Positions 1 through 11,307 of a stretch of DNA of 57,412 nt are shown piece after piece. The stretch spans positions 1 to 57,412 of the forward strand of contig JALDZS010000153.1 of assembly GCA_022813965.1 (NCBI GenBank). Direction: 5' to 3'. The DNA comes from Toensbergia leucococca (taxonomy: Eukaryota). The notes under the pieces were generated by a model. The model was not told the DNA's origin. It saw only the letters and a list, made by a program, of their open reading frames with translations, and did no database searches. Position 1 is the stretch's first letter; each line of letters begins with the position of its first letter. The position numbers and the translations under genes were made by a program.

Positions 1-241
1 GGGTAGGGTGTTGATGAATAGAAGAATAGTGATCAAAAAGTGTGTTGTTGTTATGATTCTATTCAGGTACGTTGACTCAAAATTCCTACGTTGGCCATTT
101 GCAATACTTTAAAAATTGACCTCGTAGTTATGTGAAGTGATTGCAACGCAATGCCTCTCTGGCCTTCTATGGGGCTGAGGAGGCGCTGGAACCGAAGGCA
201 ACTACGCCCTCCTAAGAATTCTGACGTTAATATTTGGTTAA

Positions 242-1000
242 TCACGTTTCAGTCAGATTACTTACCTGTCCCTTTCCCTTCCCCCCATCCCCGCCCTCAG
301 TACGGCCCCTCAACTGATCACTCACGTCACGTGAAGGCCTTGCCTTCTTCACTTTGACCGTCTTGTTGACAATTATGGCCCCATTAAGGTCATTAATGAC
401 GGCATCAGCTTCAATGGCAGAGGCCATTGAGACAAATTGAAATTTGATAAAGGCTTTGATCTCTGACTGATTTAATTTTTTAAGCAGACTGCAGATACAA
501 AAAATTGAGAGCATTACGATGACTTTGTCAATGACTCAGACTCACATTGTTATTTTATTTTACTGACTGGTGATGATTCCGCTTCTTTAGTTGAATGAGA
601 TATGAATCTGAATAGTAGATGAACATATTTGATTATCAGCCACGGCCCCTTCTTCTTCTTGAGACATTGCTCATCCTTCTCCCCCTTCTCCTCATTGGGA
701 CATCGCTTGTTCTTCTCCCACTCCTCCTCCTTGAGACATCGCTTGTCCTCCTCTCCCTCCTCCTCCTTGAGACATCGCTCATCCTCCTCCCCCTCCTCCT
801 CCTTGAGACATCGCTTCTCCTTCTTCAGATATCGCTCCTCCTCCTCCGAACATCGCTCCTCCTCCTCTCCCTCCCCCTCCCCCTCCGCCTCCTTCTCTTT
901 CTGCTTCTTTTGCTCTGCTTTCTCGTCTTTCTGCTTCTTGTCGTTTTCTTTTCTTCGCTGCTTCTGTATCTTGAATTTTTTGTTATTCTATATACAGTAC
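242..1000 (-). pseudogene. Decayed gene: E/K/R-rich repeat region followed by a partial RRM domain and Gly-rich tail
   Basis: ORF 242-514 reads FVSMASAIEADAVINDLNGAIIVNKTVKVKKARPSR then GRTEGGDGGKGKG, resembling the C-terminal half of an RRM plus a G-rich tail. The upstream minus strand (655-1000) encodes EEEGEEDKRCLK-type repeats. Stops interrupt the frame. Confidence 0.45.
659..850. repeat. 36-bp tandem repeat x5 plus shorter derived units
   Basis: The motif ttgagacatcgc (variants) recurs at 659, 695, 731, 767 and 803. The long Leu-rich and Ser-rich + strand ORFs are shadows of this repeat. Confidence 0.9.
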
Positions 1001-1062
1001 TACTATCAGCTACTCAGGATTCTACTTTGGAATTTCAACTTTATAGTCAGACCTACCGGTCG

Positions 1063-1250
1063 GCTCCCTTGTATCTCAATATTCTTAATACCAACTTCGA
1101 GGTAGTGTATGTTGAGATTGAGTCCTAAAAGGTCTGATTCGGGGAGAATATTGGTGCTCGGGACTGGGGGGCGGCGGGGGCCAGCGGCACAGGGGAACTG
1201 ACGGCGGGGGTGGTACGTGCGGGGTCGGTGGGGGGTGCGGAGCCGGTGGG
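1063..1250. repeat. Diverged direct repeat, copy 1 (~190 bp)
   Basis: tgattcggggagaatattggtgctcgggactgggg...gtacgtgcggggtcggtggg...gcggagccggtg matches 5415-5528. Weaker similarity continues leftwards (taccaacttcgaggtagtgta vs taccagcttcgtggtagtgta). Confidence 0.85.
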
Positions 1251-1879
1251 GAGAGGGGGTCGGTGGGAGGAGGGGGGCTGGTGAGTTGGTTGGATGCAGA
1301 CATCTATCACATTCACCACTATCAGCAAAGCACACACTCATCAGAATTGGATGGAGCGAGGTAGGTCATTTCGAAGACGTCAGGCTTCAGTCTCCAACGA
1401 CCTAACAGAAAGTGTGTCGCTTTGATTCAACTCTTCTGAAAGAATGGAACCAACGAGGGTCCCAAAACTTATCACAAGGAAGCACTTTGTCTGGACAAAA
1501 CAAAGGTACTTGACTTATCTAGGGATTCGGTACATGCCACTCTAGAAAGGCCGTGGAAAGAAGAAATACGAAAGATGATTTACAGTAACGGATGTCTAAT
1601 GTCTAGTTGGTTGGAGATATACGAAAGAAGCTGGAAATATTGAAAATTCTAGATCGAAAGAGCTGTGGGATGAGGAAAGAGGAAAGTGGGAAGTCAGCAT
1701 GCTAAAAGAACTTAGCCTCATCAAAACATAATGTACAAGATCTCTGAGCGTTAGGTACGTCTTGTAGAGGACTCATAGCCGCAGCTACTTGAATCACTGC
1801 TCTACCGGAGCAAATCTTGGCGCCTGTTGAAAGTATCGATCAAGGACCCGAGGTTGCATCGCGTGTGGCTGGGAACCCC

Positions 1880-2740
1880 TTATATATATATATATATATT
1901 TAATCCCCCTATCGTAAGTAGTGACACGACACATTGAAGCTTTTTGATAATCGTATGCTTTTTCAAGCCGCTTTTTGATGCCTCCGGTTTTTTCGAGGCA
2001 AATGAAGTTGGAGGCACAGTCTGCTCTGTGAGACGATTGACGGTGTCAAGATTTGATTCAGCAATTTTGAGCCCAGCGAACAGTTGTTCTACTGTAACAG
2101 CAGGAGTACTTGGCGTATTTGTTCCCGTACGAGCATCATCTTCTGCCAGTTCGCGAGCCTTAAGGACAGCCAGTGCTCGGCGAACCACATCAGTTTGGGT
2201 TTCTGTCATAGACTGAATAATCTTTTTGAGTTCATCTAATTGATGACCCTGTATTTCGACGGTCTGGGAAAGGCGATTGAACTCTTGCATAGATATTGTT
2301 TCAACCTCTGGAGTCTTTTGAAGGGCTTCATTTGATGTTTTGAAGAAGGCTAAAGCGCTCTAGACTGCATCTTCAATCATCTTCGATATCGCAATTCTCA
2401 AATTGTCCCCCTTAAGTTTATTCTTGCGCATGAGGCCTTTCTCAACCAGTTCAACATCTTGATTATTAATCAGATGGTCTTTCTTCTTCCCTTTCGAGGC
2501 GAAAAAGGATGATGTATCCTTTGATTCGGTGGACTGCACACTAGCAGTCGATTCAGCTGCGAGACATGGCTCGCTATTTGCAGTTACTGAGTCTTTGAGA
2601 CGCTCAGCAACTTGAGGATTGAACAACGGAGAGCTGAACGTGCCGCCCATTTGGGTTTGATCAAGAAACCCTATTTTATCCGCGTCTGTTTTCGACGCGG
2701 CGGGAAAATCGTCTATTGGCTCGAGTTCTTCCGGCTCCAT
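1880..2740 (-). pseudogene. Hypothetical coiled-coil protein gene split by one in-frame TAG
   Basis: ORFs 2360-2833 and 1880-2290 are in the same frame, separated only by the TAG at 2360-2362 (…KMIEDAV*SALAFFKTSNEALQKTPEVETISMQEF…). The frame ends in a (TA)n microsatellite at ~1881-1898. Confidence 0.55.
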
Positions 2741-3129
2741 TTTCGAATTATTATCCGTAGATAACTTCTTAGAGGTGAGTAAGCAAGGGAAGTAAGTAGT
2801 CGTTGGAAGAACAACAGTATGAACTGTGCTCACTCGATCTATAGCAATTTTATCATGTTATTTATCATACTTATTAGTTCTTTCATCAGTGCCTTCCTGC
2901 GGTTGTAAGGACCTGCCGTCAGCGTCATCCCACTGACTATATGAGCTTGATGATCTTTCAAACTCCTTTCACCAGAGGACAGGCGTCCTTCTACTCCACA
3001 GCATGTCTTTCCGTAACAGCGGTGTTTAACTGCCTCAATTTGGTATTTTTATATGTCTCGCCAGATCCTTGTAAGACTTTCCATTACAGCCATGTTCAAA
3101 ACACTGCGACGCTGGATCTGGTGGCGGCG

Positions 3130-4240
3130 CTAGGCGGCAATAGGGTTGCGGACGCTGCCTTTTTCGGTGCTCTCCTGATCAGAGCCACCTTCATTTGTGG
3201 AACACCGTTGGTAAAGCCATCGTCCTATTCTGGGCGACATACTGTAACGCGCCGTTGACGTACTGAGGATCGGTAGCTCAATCCAAGTTTTCACATCGCT
3301 CAGGTTGAGTTGCTTCTGCTTTTTGCCTCTGCTGTAGAAAGTTTCGGTGCTCAACTGTTGCGTTTGTTGCCATGATTCTGGCTAGTTTATAATTTATACG
3401 CGAATAGCAGTTGCCGCAAACGTATTCCATGAACGGCTTGTCACAATTTGCGAAATACCACCGTTTTGAATCAGTGGCTTCACGCCAAGCACAGACTTGA
3501 GGTTTGGATGAGGGCTTGTAAAAGCTGACATGCAATGTTCATACCTTTGAAACACACCTTGGGCAAATCAGGAGGAACACATTTTGCTGCCCATTGACGA
3601 GGTATTACTGACGACCATGTATGGCACACTCGATCTTTGCCAGCTGGTCTGATATGATTGCAAGAAGACTGACCATGATCTTCTCAAGATAATAGACATA
3701 TGGTTGTGGGACTGTTGCGAATTGAAAATGTGGCAAGGAGACAAAGATTCATCTTGATATCTGAATGACTGAGGTACTCCATGTGAATTCCATGTTCTCT
3801 TGGTTTTAGATATTTCCTTTTATCCACAACCACATAACATTTCAGACGAGACTGAACACCCTGTCTATCAGTTGTGGACCCAACATAAGGTTCATACCTA
3901 TCAGAGTTAAGGATACCGGATCCAGTGAGAATGTCACAGTATATAGCCCAATCTGTACAGTCTTTTCAGTCCGATGGTAGAGCAAGAAGTTCATCTTTTG
4001 TGAAGCTTTCATGGTCAAGAACAAGCTTTGTCTCTTACCAAATGGCACCAAAAAGAATATTCATAAGATGCTCAATTGAGACTGCCTTTGATAAAAGGAG
4101 CCCATCACAAGGTGAGTGGCTTCTGGGTATCAATTAGCTTCATCAGCTTCATGATATTTACTGTATCAACTAGTTCTTTGAGACTCATGATAATGTATAG
4201 AAAATGATCCTCGAAACGTTCAAGTCGGACTGCAATCAAC
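3130..4240 (-). pseudogene. Decayed GIY-YIG-like nuclease-domain gene with C-terminal CxxC zinc-finger remnants
   Basis: Manual minus-strand translation of ~3780-4080 gives LLALPSD*KDCTDWAIYCDILTGSGILNSDRYEPYVGSTTDRQGVQSRLKCY (W-x-I-Y … Y-V-G-S … R-x-x-x-Y). Further downstream come VPQPYVYYLEKIM, GMNIACQL and VCAWREATDSKRWY…VCGNCY. Several stops and frameshifts. Confidence 0.5.
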
Positions 4241-4340
4241 ACCGCTTTGTTAGCCTTGCTTGACTGAGAGGTAAGAGGAAGATAGACCTTGTGTTTCAGC
4301 TGAGGTAATGTTTCTCAGCTTCTCACTCATCTTCTTATTG

Positions 4341-4587
4341 TCTTCATTATCAGAGTCATCTTCTATCTCAGCCTCTGAGTTAGGAATTTCTCGAATTCCA
4401 AGATTCTTTCTGTCTCCATTGTCGGAGTCATGTTCTGTCTCGGCCTCCGAGTCAGGAATTTCTCGAGCTCTAAGATTCTCTGTGTCTTCATTGTCAGAGT
4501 CATCTTCTGTCTCGGCCTCCCTCGGCCTCCGAGTCAGGAATTTCTCGAATTTCAAGATTCTCTCAGCCTCCATTGTCGGAGTTATCT
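4341..4587. repeat. 72-bp tandem repeat (~3.3 copies) encoding an acidic 24-aa unit on the minus strand
   Basis: Units start at 4341, 4413, 4485 and 4567 (REIPDSEAETEHDSDNGDRKNLGI-like). Copy 3 has a 10-bp duplication ctcggcctcc (4511-4530) that shifts the frame. Confidence 0.9.
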
Positions 4588-5339
4588 GGATTGAATTCAG
4601 CCGCATCATGAAAGACATCTTAGTCTTCATCAAAAACAGCAGTCAAATCTTCAGTTGCTTTGCGGGCGTAATCATCATTAGTGTAATCACATTTCGTCAA
4701 CAAAGGCTTCTTCAACAACCTCAAGGCCTACTCTCTTTCAACAACCTCAAGGCCTACTCTCTTTGTAAGCCGAGAGTCACTCGCCCTGTTCTACTTCATC
4801 TCTCTCTCTCTCTCCCTCGCTTTGATGCTGCTTTTTTTTTAAAAAGCATTTTAAGTAGGAATTATTGGATTGTGTTTTGTCAAAGATGGTGTTTCAAAAT
4901 GCTTGAAGTCTGCTTGAAGCCTGCGCTCCAACTAAGTCTTCGTTCACTAGCTCTAGCTAAATGATGAACTTGGCAGTGAATTTTTTTATACCTTGAGAAA
5001 TGATGATGTTTTATACGTAAATGGGTATCTACCCCTCACGGGCGACAAGGTGGCTTCAGTTGAAGGGGGGTTTTGTTGCAATATGATCAGAGACAAAAGT
5101 GATATGATATAGTTTTCGTATCCTATTGGCGATCCTTGGTCGGGTATTCAGTATGTGCGTTTTTCAAGCCATCTTTTTTTTTGGGCTCCATGGATACCAC
5201 ATGTGGAAAGAAGAGGTGAGGATTAGAAAGGCATGTCTGAGTGCTTTATATACTTTTCACTTCTTTTTTTTTTTTTGCTCTATGAGTTATTGGCCGGCCG
5301 GGCTTGAGCTATTGTATGATAGGGTTCGATCGCTGTGCC

Positions 5340-5528
5340 CACTCGCCATGTTTTTCGATATTCTTGCTACCAGCTTCGTGGTAGTGTACTTGAACTATGA
5401 CTCCTTGTAAGTTTTGATCCGGCGAGAACATTGGCGCTCGGGGCTGGGGAGCGGCGGGAGCAAGCGGCACAGAGGAAGTGGCGGCGGGAATTGTACGTGC
5501 GGGGTCGGTGGGGCGAGCGGAGCCGGTG
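5340..5528. repeat. Diverged direct repeat, copy 2 (~190 bp)
   Basis: Homologous to 1063-1250, same orientation. Confidence 0.85.
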
Positions 5529-7779
5529 CTCTTCTTGAGTTAGTTGAGTGAGAACTAAGTCTGTACAGCAGATGAACGTACTTTAGTATAAGGGGAAACC
5601 CCTCCTCCTCTAGTGGTGCTTGGCCATCCTCTCAAGGCATTCTTGTTTGAGAAGAATCGGTCACATGGCTCACAGTAGCCGGTTGGGGCGATTGAGAGGT
5701 TCTAGATCGATGTTATCATCTTGTAACTGACATTTGAGTAACTTACTCACTGCCTGCCCTCTCATTACCCTGCCTGAGCAGGCAGAGGGTAATGGGAGCG
5801 GAGGGGGAAGCCTAGAGAGTTCAATGTTATCATCTATTTTTGAGAGTGAAATAACCTTCTCGTTAGCTTTATCGACCCTGTTGGCCTCTCTTTCACAACT
5901 CTCTCCCTTTCGCGCATCTTCCTGTTCATCTCTAGTTGTTTTTGCTGCCGCTGCATCGCTGCCGTCGCCATTAATGCTCATCCTTCATCGCCAATCCTCC
6001 AACCGCCACTGCTGATCTTGTCGTGGTGATTGTGAGGAATTTCCTCCCGAGGTGACTGCCATTGAGCCCTGCAATGGTGACCGCAGCCTCAGGCTCACTT
6101 TGACGGTATAGGATTAGTCTTGTAGGTGTATCGCGTATTTGAATATGAGAGTTGATTCAATACTGAGTGCTGTCAATACATGAGTGAAGAAAGATGTTTG
6201 ATGTAGTCTGAAAATCACAGTGATGGATTTCCGTTGGAGATTTAGAATACATGAGAAATAACAAGACTTTGTCTTCATCGTTAAACTTATATGAGAAGAA
6301 GTGAGGACATATCTTGATATCATTAGCCAGGTTTTTTCGTAAGAGGGATTGCCTAGGAAGAAACAAGGGTTGGATGATATCTACTTACAATCGCTTCTAC
6401 TTGGTGCAAACACGCCTCAAAGGGCCTCCTGTCCCCTCTTCCCTAGCTATGCCCTTCTCAAGCATTAGACAAACACCAAAGGGGAGTCAAGCAAAGGAAC
6501 GTACTTTACATAAAGGTAATGGAGTTCCCTTGCGGCCAGCTGCCGCGCCACTGCCGCATCCCCCCCCTCCAAAGTTGATGCCATGAAGGGTAGTGACCAG
6601 TGACTGCCAGGTTCGCATCTGCTGGGACCAATGTCAGGAAGCAAATACGCTTCCTGCGGACCACGATCTATTTTTATTAGAAACCGCTGATACAACTGAT
6701 AGCAATACGTACTTGTAGAAGTAGACAAGAACAACAGAGAAATGATAAACAGACTTTACCTGTAGGCATGCTGCCTTTGATCAAGGAGGAGGATTGTAAG
6801 GAGGATGAGAGAAGAAAGAAGGAAGAGAGCGAAGCTCTGAGGATATGACTATAGATATTCACCATGCTGTAAAATCAATCACATTTGCATCTCCAGACAC
6901 TCACAGCTTTCTGTTCAGGTTTCAGTGTCAATTCCTCATTTTGAATAGTCAGAAGCGTCAGTCCTATTAAGAAAAATGAAGTCTTGGCACAGAATATAGA
7001 AGTAGGATTTCTCGTTCTTAGTTGGTAAGTGTTGGGTTGAGGTATATACGTATAGAATGGAATCAGGTTTAGGGGATTATTTCTGAAACAGAAGAATGCA
7101 CAAAGACCAATGAGAGAAAATGTGAAGGAAAAATTTATGCATTCTGTGTAATAACTCCCCTCGTTATCATACCAAGTGCGTTGACTCATTTTTAAGTTTC
7201 GCCCCTCTCTCACAAGGGAGCTTCGAATAGTTTATATGGTGTAATAGCACGATCTTCAATCTACAAGAACAGGTCGATTGGCCTAGTTGGTTATGGCGCG
7301 GTGCTAATATTGATCTTCTCTTCTCAACTCTGGGAAAGATGACAATAGAGGACGCTGAAGTCGGGAGACCGAAACTCCCATCGACCAAGTTTGATTGCTT
7401 TTTGGCTAGATGCCCAGAACGTGAGAACGGAATGTGAGTAGCTGTTTCGAGCAATGTCCCAAGAACAGTGGTCAAAGAAATGCTTTTTTCGGACAAGATT
7501 AACGCTTTGATTCTAGGGTTTCTTCGGACATGGTTTTGGATAGCTCTAAGAACTTGTTGTTGATTATTTTTGCGAGATGTGCGTGGAACAATGCTAAGCT
7601 ATGAATTTGTTGGTCGCCTTGTCAAGACTGAGGGCTCATTGGTTTCAAATGTAACTACGGGTTTTTCTTTGGCAGTTTGAGTGATGCTTCCATCGAAGTC
7701 ATGTGTCCTGTGTTCTTGGTCTTTGGATTTGATGCCCACTCAGTGAATCGACATTGCTTTACGTAACATGATTGTCTGC

Positions 7780-9501
7780 CTATGCTTTGATAGTGTCGTA
7801 ATTACTCTTCAACCGAATTTGAGATCCGTACTTGAATAGGACCCAAGGAATCGGTAACATTGCCAAAGAGAGGAACCCGAGAAGACTGGTCGCCCAGGCG
7901 ATTCCTAGTCGGTCGTACACTATCACGGCACCGTTAGTATAGAACTCATATGCTTAGGGTGAGTGGAGTGAATATTTACTTTGAATTGTGAAGAGTGGGA
8001 ATACAGCACCGCCGATGTATCTCAAAAGACCGTTCGCAGCTAGAGCTGATGCGCCATTTAGAGGCCCGTATACGTCAACGAGATATAGAGCTGCAGAGCA
8101 GAAAACGCACAAGTTTCCCCAGGCAAAGGGAATCGCTGCCAGCACGGGACTGATCCAATGTACATCCCTCCTGGAGGTCCACGCAAACCAAAAGAGTCCA
8201 ATTGGTAGCCCTAAACTTCCCAACATGGCAGGATAAAGGCGATGCTCTGGCGCGACCACCCCACCACGACCTTCTCTGTGACTGGTGTGATGCTCTTTCC
8301 GGTAAGTGAGTCTATCTGTAATGATGACAGTTATGACCCCAAAAATACATCCCAGGCCGATCGCGAGAAAGGTCAGACCAGCTTCTCCGCTATTAAATCC
8401 GTAAATACCCTCGAACACGATTGGAAAAGCATCAAAGAAACCAAAGAGAATTGCAAAGTTTAGTGCGGTATAAGAAGAGAAGGCTAACACGATTGGCTCG
8501 GTTCCCAGCATTGACAGGGGTCTGAATAAGGTGACTGTAAGTAGGAATCGAATACCAGCGATACCCGATGGAGTCATCTTGGGCGGAGGCGGGATGTTCA
8601 GCTTTTTGGATCGCTTCTGGAGGATGATCTTCTTGTAGGTTTCCGATGCGCCCATTGCGAAGATGTAGGAAGGAACTGCGATGAATAGAATAGGCCATTG
8701 GGTCCATCGCCAGCCTTTATTCATTGAAGCGAAACCGCCGATGAATGGACCCATTGCGGGGCCTGGTAGATAATGTAAGTATCATTGGACAACAGACATG
8801 AGTAGGTGGCCATACCGAGAAAAGGAGCAAGGAGAAAAAATGAGGTTGCAACAGCGCGGTAAATTGGCGCCCAAAGATCGACGTTGGTCCCTCCGCCTAC
8901 AGCAAGAACTGGAGAACCGAAAAAGCCGGCGAAGAAGCGACAGATGGCTAGGCTAGCAAAAGTCTGGGAAAAGCCGGAGCCGAGGGTGAAGAAAGCACAG
9001 AGTGGAAGAGAGATTAGGTAGACTATTCGACGCCCAAACGTCTCGCTGATAGGAGCAGCTAGTACTGGGCCGAAAGCTGCACTGAATCAATTACGGGTTT
9101 TGGAAGAGGTAAGGGGAGGATGAGAGAGACATACCAAGACCAAGCGTATAGAGAGAGAGCGGTAGGAGAGCAACGGTGGTGGAGACATGAAATTGAAGCG
9201 TTACGTCGGGAACACCAGGGGTATAAACACTTGTTCCGAAAGTGACAATAAAAGCAAAAAGGGCGGGAATGATGGTATTGTAGATACGCTTGATCAAAGA
9301 CCAATTCTGTGGGTTCTCTGGATCACTGGGCCCTGACCAATCTTGGGCAGTGACAGTCCGGTGGATTTGATTGTCTTTTCTAGACGGCAGAGAAGCTGAC
9401 TGAGTTTCCAAGTCCTTCTCGGAATAATCAACTGGATTATCAGATGTTGAATCGGGAGAGTCCGGGTCCAATTTGGTCGTTTTGGTTTCATCATTGGCCA
9501 T
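7780..9501 (-). CDS. MFS drug:H+ antiporter (DHA1 family, TPO/FLR-like), 4 exons
   Basis: Motifs DWSGPSDPENPQNWS, APISETFGRR, WRWTQW, ETYKKIIL, EPIVL, PEHRLYPAMLG, ASALAANGLLRY and WATSLLGF. GT-AG introns near 9080-9135, 8765-8815 and 7920-7980. ATG at 9501, TAG at 7780-7782. Confidence 0.93.
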
Positions 9502-11307
9502 GATGGAGGTGAGTACGTGCAAAAGGGAGTCTACTGAGGTGGAAAAAGACAGCAACAGTGAAAGCGTTGGTGGTAGGACGAGATAACATTTTCGGAATGG
9601 GAGATATATACACAGCAGGAGTCATCTGCAAGCAACAGAAAGAATGATGTGATTGACGCGATCTAAGACAGAGAAGAGATGCTTAGTCGGATGAATCACT
9701 AATACGGAGACTCTGCATTTGCCGAGGTATTGTAGGAGTACCTTAGGCATACACTGTACCTAGGTAGTTGAAAGACTGGATGGTAAGGGTAGAGGGTAGG
9801 TGGGTAGGTACTCTAGAATATCAGTAATCACCCTTTTCCCTTTTCCCTTTTCCCTTTCCAAGCCTCGGCTTCACTAAGCGTAATCTAGATGGAGTGCAGG
9901 TAAACTTTTAGTGGCCTGAAATGATGATGGCAATAGAGGCAGAAGAGGTACAGTAGCATTGAATAGTAAGATGAGAGTCGAGACCATAAAGGTAGGTAGC
10001 AGTCGAGTAGCAGAGCAGGTAGAATTAGAATGAGAATGGTAAAATAGTAATTCTGATCGTTGCCTCGGCCTGCACTTTGGGTAGAATAGAACTACCTATC
10101 CGTACTCCGTAGATGGTCACGTGAGCTCCATACCATTTCCCACGGATAGTACGAGTACGAGTACGAGTAGGTAGAACACTCGTAACAAGAGGAGAGAAGA
10201 GGCCACCATGAGGTATTCAAAAATGACATGAATCCGAACATCCTATTGGACCTCGCAGCTGTTGAGTCAATTCCTGAACTTTCAGGGTCTGCCACAGAGT
10301 AGGGTTGCACCTGACGTCACCGAACCGATGTATTCTATCCAGACAACGACTCAAACCTCACAATAGCCATTGATCCATTGTCATTGTCATTGACATAGCT
10401 ATCTATTCAGCATCGACATCAGACAATCCTGACGTCTAGGGGACTCGTCTTTGAGAGCAATACTTCAGCACCGTCATCCCCTGGCCAGCGATTATGGATT
10501 GTTTGGGACTTCCATTCCCCATTTGTAAGTAAATCTGAATCGCTTCAACATGTCCCTCGGCTGAACGTATAGGTATACAATGTGGTTCAGGAGTGAATAA
10601 CCCTTGTCATGTCAAGGTCATAGGTCCCACATTGGGATTTGCCGTCTCCATCGTCTCCGCTGTGAGCCTCCATCCAACTTCCACCCCTTCTACCTGTTGA
10701 TCCGATTGTTAGATCATTTGTTGGCCCGGAGCTCTGCTATGCGGCTGTTGCGCCACAGACACGGGCAAGAGAATGTTGGCAATGCCCGTGGAGTTGAATG
10801 GTAACGTTAGTAATGCTATTCCATTCTGAATCTCGATTTCTGGTCAACATGGGGAGGAACATCAGAAAGTATCCGGGGACTCCAAGAATTCAGGCCGTCA
10901 AGGACAATGGAAATGGTGTCTGGGTGTAGCGGGTCTTCGCACGGTAATGGCTTTACGACAATGTGGAGTCGTCGTGTGGTGATTGATATTTGAAGGAGGT
11001 CAGATGTGTTGTGGCATGGCGCGTGTTTATTGCCACTACTCCTCTCTTGATGCTTCTCAACACAACACGCACATACGTATCTTACCCGAAACATCGGCCA
11101 TCTCCAAGCATAAATGCTTACGATCTTTATGTGTGACTGATTCACCTTGTCACTAACACTACTCACCGGTATTGCGTCCTCGGACCTCTTTGCATCACTC
11201 GGTGAATTCCCATTCATTTCTCTCCAGGACACTCTAAATACTAGCCATCTTCCTTCTGTCGAGTAAGTTATCCTGCTGCCTCAAGATCGTGGCTAAAGGA
11301 CTCAGCC

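Noticed and set aside
659..850. 36-bp periodic repeat superficially like a CRISPR array
   Set aside because: Head-to-tail units with no unique spacers, no cas genes, and a eukaryotic context.
619..1128. Leu-rich 169-aa and Ser-rich 158-aa + strand ORFs
   Set aside because: They are antisense shadows of the 36-bp EKR-coding repeat, not real membrane proteins.
1063..5528. Direct repeats as LTRs or Penelope pseudo-LTRs
   Set aside because: No TG…CA termini, PPT, TSD or reverse transcriptase motifs between them, so not called as a retroelement.
6465..7740. Possible decayed fungal transcription-factor-like gene on the minus strand (RAIQNHVRR…VLLHH)
   Set aside because: Resemblance is too weak and fragmented to name a family.
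10312..10319. TGACGTCA ATF/CREB palindrome upstream of the DHA1 transporter
   Set aside because: A single 8-mer ~800 bp from the ATG is expected by chance in a window this size.
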